A DNA stretch of 64,000 nt. Origin: Mycolicibacterium sp. (GTDB lineage: Bacteria; Actinomycetota; Actinomycetes; Mycobacteriales; Mycobacteriaceae). The stretch covers positions 3,125-67,124 of the forward strand of contig NZ_JAEMTA010000004.1 of NCBI RefSeq assembly GCF_016462545.1, written 5' to 3'. Within the stretch, counting starts at the first letter, position 1, and each line of letters opens with the position of its first letter. Positions 15,113 to 23,894 of this stretch are shown here, one piece after another. A model generated the notes under the pieces. That model worked only from the letters and a program-made list of their open reading frames with translations. It was not told where the DNA came from and made no database searches. The translations under genes and the position numbers were made by a program.

Positions 15113-16012
15113 GTGTCAGCACGAATCACGCCGCTGCGCCTCGAAGGGTTCGAGCAGTTGCCCAAGCACGCGCGCCGATGCGTCTTCTGGGAGGTCGATC
15201 CCTCGACCTTGCAGGGCGGTGACCACCTCGCCGATCCGGAGTTCGAGAAGGAAGCGTGGCTGTCCATGGTCATGCTCGAGTGGGGTTCGTGCGGACAGAT
15301 GGCCGTGTCGTGCGAGCCGGAACAATCCGACTTCACCGCGTCGGCGTCCAGCGGTGACGAGGCCTGTCTCGGGTTCGCGTTCTACGCGCCGCCGCGAGCC
15401 GTCCCACGCGCCGCGTTCTTTCCGACCGGGCCCGTCAGCGCCGATGCCGTGTTGTTGACGACGGTCGGCGTGGAATCGGGAGAGGACGGCGACGGACTCA
15501 CCCGGGCCTTGATGGCGGCGGTCGTCGGCGATCTGGTGCGGCGCGGTGTGCGCGCGCTGGAGGCCTTCGGACGGACGGCAGAGGTGACCGAACTGGCTGA
15601 CCCGCAGCTGATTCCGCCCGATCTGCGTTCGGCGGTCGAAACGCTCGGCGACTGTTCGGTCGAACAATGCGTCGTCGACGCGGACTTCCTGGGCGACGTC
15701 GGGTTCGAAGTCGTCGCACCCCATCGGTACTTTCCGCGAATGCGGCTCGAACTGGAAGAGGGTCTGGGCTGGAAGGCCGACGTCGAGGCGGCGCTGGAGC
15801 GACTGCTGGTGAGCGCCCAATTGCAACAGCCCGTGGGGGCCGGCGCGGGTCCGTGCGTACGAGGCGGATCAGCCCTGCGCGGCGCGTCCGGCGGCCTGCT
15901 CGACCGATCGCTCGTGGGCGAGCAGCTCGGCGAAGGTGAACGTGCCCGTCGGACGGTCATTCTTGCCGAGCAGATAGAGCCGCTTCACGGCGGCGAGAAT
16001 TCCCTCGGATAG
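15113..16012 (+). CDS. Conserved hypothetical protein (Rv3916c-like, possible acetyltransferase fold)
   Basis: Track ORF 15068..16012. A conserved-looking N-terminus VSARITPLRLEGFEQLPKHARRCVFWEVDP begins at GTG 15113 (GGAGAG upstream). High GC3. The last ~48 codons are low-complexity and antisense to cwlM. Family assignment is from memory of synteny only. Confidence 0.6.
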   Translation: MSARITPLRLEGFEQLPKHARRCVFWEVDPSTLQGGDHLADPEFEKEAWLSMVMLEWGSCGQMAVSCEPEQSDFTASASSGDEACLGFAFYAPPRAVPRAAFFPTGPVSADAVLLTTVGVESGEDGDGLTRALMAAVVGDLVRRGVRALEAFGRTAEVTELADPQLIPPDLRSAVETLGDCSVEQCVVDADFLGDVGFEVVAPHRYFPRMRLELEEGLGWKADVEAALERLLVSAQLQQPVGAGAGPCVRGGSALRGASGGLLDRSLVGEQLGEGERARRTVILAEQIEPLHGGENSLG

Positions 16013-17068
16013 CGAATCCCGAACCTGCGGAGACACCAAGAGGTCGCGGTCGTGCGGGTTGGTGATGTAGCCGACGTCGACCTGGATGGTCGGCATGCGC
16101 GTCAGGCGCAGCAGATCCCAAGTGCGTCCGTGGGTGCGGCAATCCCGTAATCCGGTCCGCGCCACCAGTTCTCGTTGAATGAAGTCAGCGAGGTTCCGAC
16201 CGATCGTCGACACCGAACCGTGCGAGTTCCCGAAGTGGAACGATGCCACGCCGTTGGCGGGGGACTCGGGCAACGAGGCACATCGCAGGCTGATCATCAG
16301 ATCGGCGCCAACGGTGTTAGCCGTCGCCGCGCGCTCGGCATCTGACGGACTCCGCCCCACCGGCCGAGACAGGAACGTCTCCATGCCGATCGCGGTCATG
16401 CGCCCCTCGAGACGACTTGCCAAGTCCCACAGGATGTCTGCTTCGCTGATCGGACCGCCGGGGCCACTCGTGATCAGACCATGGTCGTCGCCGCCGCGGC
16501 CCGGATCGATGATGATGCGCTTACCCGACAGTCGCGGACCCGAGCGGCGGACCAGCTCCTCCTCGCGGATGGCGTGCAGCGAGCCGCCGGTCACCCGAGA
16601 GCCGAGAAAGTACAAGGAGCGCAACGTCTCTGGGCCACAGATGCCGTCGGGATACAGGCCGTACTCCCGCTGATATGACATCAGACCGTTGTGTGTCTGC
16701 AACCCGAAGTGTCCATCGACCAGATCGGTGTAGAAACCAAGATCCTGGAGGCGCGCCTGCAGCGTCGCGACGTCGTCGCCGTACATCGGGGCACCGAACT
16801 GGTGCGCGAGCGTCCGCGCACCCAGCCGGTACGACGCTTCCTTCAGTGCACGGTACGTGGCCTCACCGACGACGCCGTCGACGAGCAGACCGCGATGCTG
16901 CTGGAAGGCGCGGACCGCGTGGTCCAGATCATCGTCGAACACGTCGAAGGCCACGTGCTTGCCGGTGGTCAGATCGTCGTCGGGGCTGTCGAGCAGGCCC
17001 AACGCAGCCAGCGCCGACCGAATCTCGACCACCGGGACTCCCCGATCGCCGCGGCGCAGACTAGACAT
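15869..17068 (-). CDS. cwlM: N-acetylmuramoyl-L-alanine amidase-like regulator CwlM (two PG-binding domains + amidase_3 domain)
   Basis: Two peptidoglycan-binding repeats (AVRAFQQHRGLLVDGVVGEATYRAL ; LQTHNGLMSYQREYGLYPDGICGPETL), followed by an amidase_3-like domain (IIIDPGRGGDDHG...). Conserved trxB-trxA-cwlM order. ATG 17068 preferred over the TTG at 17089. Confidence 0.85.
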   Translation of the reverse strand: MSSLRRGDRGVPVVEIRSALAALGLLDSPDDDLTTGKHVAFDVFDDDLDHAVRAFQQHRGLLVDGVVGEATYRALKEASYRLGARTLAHQFGAPMYGDDVATLQARLQDLGFYTDLVDGHFGLQTHNGLMSYQREYGLYPDGICGPETLRSLYFLGSRVTGGSLHAIREEELVRRSGPRLSGKRIIIDPGRGGDDHGLITSGPGGPISEADILWDLASRLEGRMTAIGMETFLSRPVGRSPSDAERAATANTVGADLMISLRCASLPESPANGVASFHFGNSHGSVSTIGRNLADFIQRELVARTGLRDCRTHGRTWDLLRLTRMPTIQVDVGYITNPHDRDLLVSPQVRDSLSEGILAAVKRLYLLGKNDRPTGTFTFAELLAHERSVEQAAGRAAQG

Positions 17069-17153
17069 GGGCTGAATTGTCGCAGACAAAGCCGATAATT
17101 AAGAAACCTCCAGGCCAATCGGAGACCGGCCAGTCTTGATCGTGCAGGGTCGA

Positions 17154-17489
17154 TTAGACCTCGTCGGACAGTTCGCGCAGCAGCGCTGCCTTGCCCTTCG
17201 TGCCGACGATCCGCTTGACGGGCTTGCCGTCCTTGAACAGGATCAACGTGGGAATGGACACGACCTGAAAGTCGCGCGCCGTTCCGGGGTTGGCGTCCAC
17301 GTCGAGCTTGGCGACGGTCAGAGAACCAGCCTTCTCGGTGGCGATCTCCTCGAGCACCGGGGCGATCATCTTGCACGGACCGCACCACGTCGCCCAGAAG
17401 TCGACCAGCACGGGCGTGCTGCTGGACAGGACGTCACTGGAGAACGAGTCGTCGGTGACGGCAACGGTGGCGCTGGTGGTCTCACTCAT
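17154..17489 (-). CDS. trxA: Thioredoxin
   Basis: 111 aa from ATG 17489 (AAGGAG upstream). Active site [10 protein letters not shown]. The track ORF (17154..17753) over-extends into trxB. Confidence 0.93.
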   Translation of the reverse strand: MSETTSATVAVTDDSFSSDVLSSSTPVLVDFWATWCGPCKMIAPVLEEIATEKAGSLTVAKLDVDANPGTARDFQVVSIPTLILFKDGKPVKRIVGTKGKAALLRELSDEV

Positions 17490-17520
17490 GTGGGGCTCCT
17501 TGATGTCGGGTTCGGTGGGG

Positions 17521-18456
17521 TCAGTCTTGCTCGGCGAGCCAACGCTCGGTGTCGATCGCGGCGGAACAGCCACTGCCCGCGGCAGTGATCGCCTGCCGGT
17601 AGGTGTGGTCGACGAGGTCACCGCACGCGAACACGCCCTCGACCGACGTACTGGTGGTACGGCCCTTGACCTGCACGTAGCCCTCGCCGTCGAGGTCGAC
17701 CTTGCCGCTGACGAGCGTCGAGCGGGGATCGTGGCCGATCGCCACGAACACACCCGTCACGGCCAGCTTCGACTCGTCCCCGGTGACGGTGTCCTTCAGA
17801 CGCAGTCCGGTGACCTTCGGCTCGCCCTCCACCTGCGTCACCGCGGTGTTGGTGAGGAAGGTGATCTTCGGGTTGGCCTTCGCCCGTTCGAGCATGATCT
17901 TGGACGCGCGGAACTCGTCACGACGGTGGATGAGCGTGACACTGCTGGCGAACTTGGTGAGGAAGATGGCCTCCTCCATCGCCGAGTCGCCGCCGCCGAC
18001 GACGGCGATGTCCTGGTCTCGGAAGAAGAAGCCGTCGCACGTCGCACACGTGCTGACGCCGGTGCCGATGCGCTCCATCTCGCCGGGCACGTCGAGTTGG
18101 CGCGCCGCCGCGCCCATGGCGAGGATGACGGACCGGGCCTGGAACGTCTCGTCGCCGACGGTGACCGTCTTGACCGGGCCGTCGAGCGAGACGTCGTCGA
18201 CGTCCTCCATGCGGAGATCGGCACCGAACCTCAGAGCCTGCTCGCGCATTTGCTCCATCAACTCGGGGCCGGTGATGCCCTCCTTGAACCCGGGATAGTT
18301 CTCCACCTCGGTGGTGGTCATCAGGGCGCCGCCGAACTGCACACCTTCGAATACCAGCGGGTTGAGCTGGGCTCGTGCGGCATACACGGCCGCCGTGTAA
18401 CCAGCGGGACCGGAGCCGATGATGATCACGTCGTGGACGGTGGTCGAGGAAGTCAT
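17521..18456 (-). CDS. trxB: Thioredoxin-disulfide reductase
   Basis: 311 aa from ATG 18456. FAD motif [13 protein letters not shown], redox-active CATCDG, and an NADPH motif. The track ORF adds 33 non-homologous codons upstream. Confidence 0.95.
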   Translation of the reverse strand: MTSSTTVHDVIIIGSGPAGYTAAVYAARAQLNPLVFEGVQFGGALMTTTEVENYPGFKEGITGPELMEQMREQALRFGADLRMEDVDDVSLDGPVKTVTVGDETFQARSVILAMGAAARQLDVPGEMERIGTGVSTCATCDGFFFRDQDIAVVGGGDSAMEEAIFLTKFASSVTLIHRRDEFRASKIMLERAKANPKITFLTNTAVTQVEGEPKVTGLRLKDTVTGDESKLAVTGVFVAIGHDPRSTLVSGKVDLDGEGYVQVKGRTTSTSVEGVFACGDLVDHTYRQAITAAGSGCSAAIDTERWLAEQD

Positions 18457-18479
18457 GTCCGCCTTTCTGGGTACGCCTA

Positions 18480-18508
18480 TAACACCAGCGTAGGCCCGGC
18501 TGTTCCCC
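18480..18508 (-). promoter_or_regulatory. Candidate ECF (SigH/SigR-class) promoter of trxB-trxA
   Basis: Minus strand reads GGGGAACA-N17-GTTA, about 25 nt upstream of the trxB ATG. This matches the GGAAC/T-N17-18-GTT pattern known for thiol-stress ECF sigma promoters that drive trx genes in actinobacteria. Motif match only. Confidence 0.45.
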
Positions 18509-18526
18509 GCGCGCTCCCGGGACGCG

Positions 18527-19222
18527 TCAGGGATGGTCGACGACCCTGCTGGCACGCAGGCCCGTGTCGATGGAGCTGCAGCTGGGTGCCACCACGACGG
18601 CGTTGAGCCTCCTCGGCGTGTCGCCGGGAAGCAGAATCAGCACTTCGGACGTGCCGTTCACGTCGACCGGTCGAGCGCCGAGCACCGACGTCGAGGTGGG
18701 GTAGCCGAGCCCGCTGAGGCACGACACCCGACGCTGCGGGTCGGCGAGGACCCCGAGGTCGGGGGGTTGGCTCAGGAGGTCGACGATCTGCTCGTCGGAC
18801 AGCGGCAATCCGTCCGACGCGCCGGACTGTTCGCGTGAGCCGTCCCGGATGAGGGCGACGGTGCCCACCGCGGCCGCGGCGAGGATCGCGGCGACGCCGA
18901 CCGCCGCGGCGATGCGTCGGGGGCAGGGCGACGGAGTACGCGTGGGTGGAATGGCTCCGGCCGGGGGCGCTGCGCGCAGTGTGGCGCCGATCCGGGCGGT
19001 GACCTCGGCTGGGATGTCGGGGGCCGACGCGACGTCTGCGCCGAGGTCGGCCACGCTGCGGCGGACGCGGTCCAGTGCTGCGAGGCGTCGTGCGACGTCC
19101 GGCTCGGTACGGGCCCGTCGGCGCAGCCGGGCGGCCGTCGCGTCGTCGAGCAGTCCCGCCTGCAGATCGGCGAGTGCATCGAGTGGCACGGGTCCGTCCC
19201 CGTCGCGTGCCTCGCCGTCCAT
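18527..19222 (-). CDS. Single-pass membrane anti-sigma factor (Rv3912 / anti-SigM-like)
   Basis: 231 aa. Cytoplasmic helical N-domain ([29 protein letters not shown]), one TM segment ([22 protein letters not shown]) and an extracytoplasmic C-domain. Located next to the ECF sigma gene. Confidence 0.7.
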   Translation of the reverse strand: MDGEARDGDGPVPLDALADLQAGLLDDATAARLRRRARTEPDVARRLAALDRVRRSVADLGADVASAPDIPAEVTARIGATLRAAPPAGAIPPTRTPSPCPRRIAAAVGVAAILAAAAVGTVALIRDGSREQSGASDGLPLSDEQIVDLLSQPPDLGVLADPQRRVSCLSGLGYPTSTSVLGARPVDVNGTSEVLILLPGDTPRRLNAVVVAPSCSSIDTGLRASRVVDHP

Positions 19223-19250
19223 GGGGCCAGTGTTGCACCGACCCCCGTCG

Positions 19251-19277
19251 GGAATTCCCGAGAAGGTCCCCTCGTTG
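19251..19277 (+). promoter_or_regulatory. Candidate ECF-type promoter GGAAT-N18-GTTG facing the small secreted-protein ORF
   Basis: GGAAT at 19251-19255, exactly 18 nt, then GTTG at 19274-19277. About 65 nt upstream of ATG 19341. Motif match only. Confidence 0.35.
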
Positions 19278-19340
19278 CTCCTTCAACAAGAGGATGCTTG
19301 GGCCAACGGCCCACCACCAGTGATCGAGTCGTATCTACGA

Positions 19341-19667
19341 ATGAGGCCCACCGACATGCGCAACCTGCAGCGAATGCTCGTCATCGGAGCGTTCGGCATC
19401 GCGTCGGCCTCGGGGCTGGTCGCCCTCGACGCCGCCTCGACGCCGCGGTCCGATGCCCTGGCGTGCGACATGAACGTGGTTCCTTACGATCCGTATCACC
19501 AGACCTGCGGCATCCCGAACCAGATTCCTACGGCGCCGGGTCAGGCACCGGGCGCAGGAGCCATCATTGCGTGCCGCAACATCCCGGGCTGCCTGTCGCA
19601 GGCCGTCAACGGCCCACAACTGGTCTCGGTACCTCAACCGGACACCAGGGTGCGCCAAAGCCGCTGA
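19341..19667 (+). CDS. Small hypothetical secreted protein (signal peptide, 4 Cys)
   Basis: 3' part of track ORF 18849..19667. MRPTDMRNLQRMLVIGAFGIASASGLVALDAAS has the n/h/c regions of a Sec signal peptide. The mature part is ~75 aa with Cys pairs (ALACD..HQTCG..IIACRNIPGC). GC3 is high in this frame, while the opposite-strand ORFs are Arg-rich junk. Alternative start ATG 19356. Confidence 0.5.
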   Translation: MRPTDMRNLQRMLVIGAFGIASASGLVALDAASTPRSDALACDMNVVPYDPYHQTCGIPNQIPTAPGQAPGAGAIIACRNIPGCLSQAVNGPQLVSVPQPDTRVRQSR

Positions 19668-19670
19668 GCG

Positions 19671-20255
19671 TCAACGGCCCTCGACCCGAACGGTCGGGGC
19701 ATCGTCCTCGAAGTACTCCAACGTCTTGGCCAGTTTGGCGCGTGCCCGGGAGCATCGACTCTTCACGGTCCCCTCGGGCACCCCGAGGAGTCGAGCGGTC
19801 TCGGCCACCGAATAGCCCTGCATGTCGACGGCCACCACGACGGCACGCTGTTCGAGGGGCAGCCGCAGCAGGGCCCGCTCGATCACCAGCGCAGTGTCGA
19901 TGCGCGGCGTGGGATCGCCGAGGTGGTAGCCGTCGTCCTCCAACACCGTTGCGACGTGGGACTTGTTGCGGCGCAAGCGGTCCAGACAGGCGTTGACCAC
20001 GATGCGATAGAGCCAACTGCTGACGGACGCGTCGTAGCGGAAGGTGGGCGCGCGGCGATGCGCGGACAACATGGCGTCCTGAAGCGCGTCGGCCGCGTCC
20101 TCGGGATTGCGGCTGGTGATCCGAGCGAGCCGGTACAGCTGCCGGTGATGGCGGTAGAAGAGCTCCTCGAAGGCGTACCGATCGCCGGCGACGTGCGCCA
20201 CGAGCAACTCGGCGTCGGTCCGCTCTGGATCGACCGTGCCCCGGTTGCTCCCCAC
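19671..20255 (-). CDS. sigM: ECF RNA polymerase sigma factor (SigM-like)
   Basis: 194 aa. Sigma-70 region 2 (FEELFYRHHRQLYRLA...DALQDAMLSA...SSWLYRIVVNACLD) and region 4 (LPLEQRAVVVAVDMQGYSVAETARLLGVPEGTVKSRCSRAR). Neighbourhood of murJ, trxB and an anti-sigma factor. Confidence 0.8.
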   Translation of the reverse strand: MGSNRGTVDPERTDAELLVAHVAGDRYAFEELFYRHHRQLYRLARITSRNPEDAADALQDAMLSAHRRAPTFRYDASVSSWLYRIVVNACLDRLRRNKSHVATVLEDDGYHLGDPTPRIDTALVIERALLRLPLEQRAVVVAVDMQGYSVAETARLLGVPEGTVKSRCSRARAKLAKTLEYFEDDAPTVRVEGR

Positions 20256-20306
20256 ACACGAACACTAATCAACCCTGGACACGGGTCCTGACACTTCTTT
20301 CGTCCG

Positions 20307-23300
20307 TCAGGACGCGGGCTTGACCGTGATGTTGGAGATGGCCGTCTCACTCTTGCCGCCCACGTTTCCGAGCGTGGTGATCCACACCAGCACGTTCGAC
20401 ACGGGCTGCGGATTGCTGATGGTGATCGTGTTCGACCCGGTCTTCATCGGCGTCGGTGGACTCAGTTCGGTGGTCTCGTCGAGCGTCGCGGGAGTCGCCG
20501 ACGCGGCCGAGCGGATCTGGATGGACGTACCGGTGCTGTTCAGATCGAGGGACACCGACCCGATCGCCGTCGGCTGCGGCAGTTGCAGAAGCAGTCCGAC
20601 GCCGTTCTTGAAGTTGGGGAACGGCACCGAGTCGCTGTACGTGTCGGTCTGCCACGCCGTGGTGGGACTGCCGTCGATCGCGTTCCCGGCGTCCGCCGGG
20701 TTGTCTGCCTCGCCACCGGGTGAGAAGACCGTTGCCCGAACGGGTTTCACGGTATTCGCACTTGGGCTGCCGCTGGTACTGCTCGACGGGGCGTTGAGGC
20801 CCAGTTCTTCCTTGTCCAGTGGTCCACCGACGTCGCTGAACACGCCCCGCAGCACGGTCGCGAGCACGATCAGCGCCACGATCAGGATGGAACCGGCGAC
20901 CGCTGCACCGATGAGCACGCCCTTCTTGCGTCGGGCCTTGGCCTCGGGATCGTCGTCACCGAGCGGGTGGGCGCGAGGGGCCTCGCGTTCGTCGATCGGC
21001 GCGATCAGCTCGGTGCGGTCGGCCACGGCGGTGGCCTGCTGCAGCAGGTTCAGCAGCGTGGGCGCGGACCTGATCCCGCCGTTCTCCTGCACCGCGCGGA
21101 CGGCGGCCGCGGAGATCTGGAAGGGAATGGCGCGATCCATCGCGCGTGGCTCGACCGGTTCGCCCGCGGCGTCGACGTCGGCGGGCTCCATCCCGCTGCG
21201 CGTCCCGGGTTCGGGAAGCGGCCACCGGTTGACCAGCAGTGCGTACAGCGCCGCACCGATGCCTCGAATGTCGTCCTCGGGAGTGGCGGCGGGCAGCGTG
21301 GCCGGGAACGCCAACGCGACGTCGCCCTCGATGCTGACGCGGATGCGGCCCGGGTGATCGATCGACAGCGCCACGCCTGCCCGGTGGGCGGCCTCGGCCG
21401 CGGCGGCCAGCGATTGGATGGCCCTGGCGCCACCGATGGCCGACGGGGCCGTCTCGGCGACCTCCGCCAGCGACCCGCCGCGGATCCACTCCGATACGAC
21501 CAACCCACCCGAACCGGTGTGCGCCACGTCCAGTACGCGGGCGATACCGGGCACGTCCAGCGCACTCAGCCGCATCGTGCGGGACAGGATCTCGACCAGC
21601 TCGTCGTCTGGCAGCACCGCGTCGGGGTCGACGAACGTCAGCGCGACCTGACGGTCCAGTGCCGTGTCCACGGCATGCCAGAACTGCAGATGAGGTGGCC
21701 CGCCGTGGAACACCAGCAGGCGATAGCGGCCACCGGCGATGGTCGCACCGGGAATGAGGTGGACGTCATCGTCGGCGGTGGCGGCCTCGATGGGGGGCTC
21801 GTTCGGCGGGCCGAAGGCCATGGGTTCGCGGGTCGGGTCGCCGCCGTAGTCGGCGGGCGGGCGGCCCGACGGCGGGAGGTGTGACTCGACGGGCACGTCT
21901 GGCTGAAAGTCGTCGACGTTCTGTCGAGGGATGCGGGTCGTGGCGCCTGCGTCGGGCGCGGAACCGCCTGCGGGGTCATCGGTCACCGCTGGTCCTCTCC
22001 GTAGCCCGGCTCCGGCTGGTCCTGCCGGAGGTCCACCTCTGCCCGCCAGGTTATTTTGACGCGGCCGTAATGAAGGCGAATTGCTCTGATCAGCGTACGT
22101 GAGCGGCCCATCCCCACGCGGTCTGTCCGGAACGCTCGTCGCCGATGCCACCGACGGCGTGGGCGCGCCGCGACCGAGTCGCCGACGGATCGCGCCCGCG
22201 GCGGCTTGCGCGTCGGGGACCCTGGCCAACACCAACACCGTGGCGATGATCGGCACCATGATGAGTCCGAGGAGCACCAGCCGCAGGATCGACCCGCCGC
22301 CTCCGGCGTTCTCGGTGAGGGAGTCCAGACCGAGCAGGCGATCGGCGGCGTGCGCGACCACACCGGCCGCCAGGGAGGCCGCCGTCGTGACGAGGATGGT
22401 TCGCACCACCTCGAGGCTGATCAACCTGCCACCGGGCGGCTTGAGGTTGGCCCGCAACATGACATGGCCGACGGCGGCACCGGCGAGGAAGCCGAGACCG
22501 TTGGCGAGCCCGAGATACCCGGCGATGAGTTCGGGATCGTCGGTGACGAACGGGGTCGCCAGCGAGGCGATGATCTTGACCGAGGTGATGACGACGATCA
22601 GCAGGATCGGAGTCCACGGCTGCTCGCGTGCGTAGAACACGCGCAGCTGCAGCAGCACCATCGAGTACGGGATCAAGGTGAAGGCGGACAACGAGATCGC
22701 CATGCCCAGGTACCCGGCGTCCACGTCGCCGAAGTTGCCGTACGCGAACAGCGCGCTGCCGATCGCGGGGCCCGCGACGGTCATGATCGCGACGACGGGT
22801 ATGAGCGTCACCATCGTCAGCCGCGTCGCGAACGAGAGGTCGGCGAGCACGGCGGGCTGGTCATCGGCGGCGGCGTTGCGCGACAGCCGCGGCATCACCA
22901 CCGTGAGGACCGTGACGCCGATCATGCCGAAGGGCAGCATCAGCACGAGCCACGTGTAGTTGTAGATCGCGGGCCCGGAAGCCGCTGCGGTGCTGGCGAT
23001 CTGGTTGCCGACGATGAGACCGGCCTGACTGATCAGGACGTAGAGCACCATGGCCCCCGCCATGGTCCCGAACTTCTTGATCCTGTCGTCGAGGCCCCAC
23101 AGTGGGCGCAGGCTCACGCGTTCGCGACGGATCGCCACGAAGAGCACGGCGGTCTGGGCGACCACGCCGAGGGTGGTGCCGATGCCGAGGACGAGCAGCT
23201 TGGCGTTGCCCATCTCGACCGGATCCAGTGAAAGTTGGCCCGGCATCAGGAGGTACAGGCCGAGCGTGCCGATCGCGACGACGTTGTTCACCACCGGCGC

Positions 23301-23894
23301 CCAGGCCGGCGGGCCAAAGACGTTGCGGGTGTTGAGGATTGCCATGAAGACCGAGGACAGGCCGTAGAAGATGATCTGTGGCAGCAGGAGGTAGGCGAAG
23401 GCGGTGGTCAGTGACCGGTTGACCTGCGGGTCATCTCCGAGCATCAGGTGGACCAGTAGGGGCGCGGCCACCACCGAGATCACCGTGGCGACGAGCAGCA
23501 GCGTGGTCGCCAGGGTCAGGAGACGTCGCACGAAGGCGGTGCCCCCGTCGGCGTCGTCGCGCTCGGCGCGGGCCAGCACCGGCACGAAGATCGCGGTGAA
23601 CGTCGCCTCGAGCACCAGCGCCGCGATCATGTTGGGCAGCTGGTTGGCCACCGAGAAGGAGCTGGACAATGCCGCGCCGAGGATCGCGGCGAGCAGCACG
23701 ATGCGGAAGAACCCGGTGATGCGACTGACCAATGTGGCCAGCGCCATGCCCCACGATCGTGAGACCACCGCCGCGTCGGTCAGCTCCGGCTTGCCTGCGC
23801 GCCGCCGAGGCGCCGGACCCTGCGGGATGCGCGGGGGAGTGCGTGGAGGTACGCGGTGCGGTCGAGGCGGCCCCGGCGGCTTGACGGTGCTCAC
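20307..23894 (-). CDS. murJ: Lipid II flippase MurJ (MviN) fused to an intracellular pseudokinase domain and an extracellular C-terminal domain
   Basis: 1195 aa from GTG 23894 (GTGA overlap with the upstream stop). MurJ core (WGMALATLVSRITGFFRIVLLAAILG...), ~14 TM segments, then a kinase-like region (GRYRLLVFHGGPPHLQFWHAVDTALDRQVALTFVD), one TM segment and an extracytoplasmic domain. The first 316 codons of the track ORF are spurious. Confidence 0.9.
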   Translation of the reverse strand: MSTVKPPGPPRPHRVPPRTPPRIPQGPAPRRRAGKPELTDAAVVSRSWGMALATLVSRITGFFRIVLLAAILGAALSSSFSVANQLPNMIAALVLEATFTAIFVPVLARAERDDADGGTAFVRRLLTLATTLLLVATVISVVAAPLLVHLMLGDDPQVNRSLTTAFAYLLLPQIIFYGLSSVFMAILNTRNVFGPPAWAPVVNNVVAIGTLGLYLLMPGQLSLDPVEMGNAKLLVLGIGTTLGVVAQTAVLFVAIRRERVSLRPLWGLDDRIKKFGTMAGAMVLYVLISQAGLIVGNQIASTAAASGPAIYNYTWLVLMLPFGMIGVTVLTVVMPRLSRNAAADDQPAVLADLSFATRLTMVTLIPVVAIMTVAGPAIGSALFAYGNFGDVDAGYLGMAISLSAFTLIPYSMVLLQLRVFYAREQPWTPILLIVVITSVKIIASLATPFVTDDPELIAGYLGLANGLGFLAGAAVGHVMLRANLKPPGGRLISLEVVRTILVTTAASLAAGVVAHAADRLLGLDSLTENAGGGGSILRLVLLGLIMVPIIATVLVLARVPDAQAAAGAIRRRLGRGAPTPSVASATSVPDRPRGDGPLTYADQSNSPSLRPRQNNLAGRGGPPAGPAGAGLRRGPAVTDDPAGGSAPDAGATTRIPRQNVDDFQPDVPVESHLPPSGRPPADYGGDPTREPMAFGPPNEPPIEAATADDDVHLIPGATIAGGRYRLLVFHGGPPHLQFWHAVDTALDRQVALTFVDPDAVLPDDELVEILSRTMRLSALDVPGIARVLDVAHTGSGGLVVSEWIRGGSLAEVAETAPSAIGGARAIQSLAAAAEAAHRAGVALSIDHPGRIRVSIEGDVALAFPATLPAATPEDDIRGIGAALYALLVNRWPLPEPGTRSGMEPADVDAAGEPVEPRAMDRAIPFQISAAAVRAVQENGGIRSAPTLLNLLQQATAVADRTELIAPIDEREAPRAHPLGDDDPEAKARRKKGVLIGAAVAGSILIVALIVLATVLRGVFSDVGGPLDKEELGLNAPSSSTSGSPSANTVKPVRATVFSPGGEADNPADAGNAIDGSPTTAWQTDTYSDSVPFPNFKNGVGLLLQLPQPTAIGSVSLDLNSTGTSIQIRSAASATPATLDETTELSPPTPMKTGSNTITISNPQPVSNVLVWITTLGNVGGKSETAISNITVKPAS

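Noticed and set aside
19683-19705. Hairpin CCCTCGACC-cgaac-GGTCGGGG at the convergent sigM / small-ORF junction as a terminator
   Set aside because: It is short, lies inside the sigM coding sequence and has no U-tract. It cannot be distinguished from chance GC-rich pairing.
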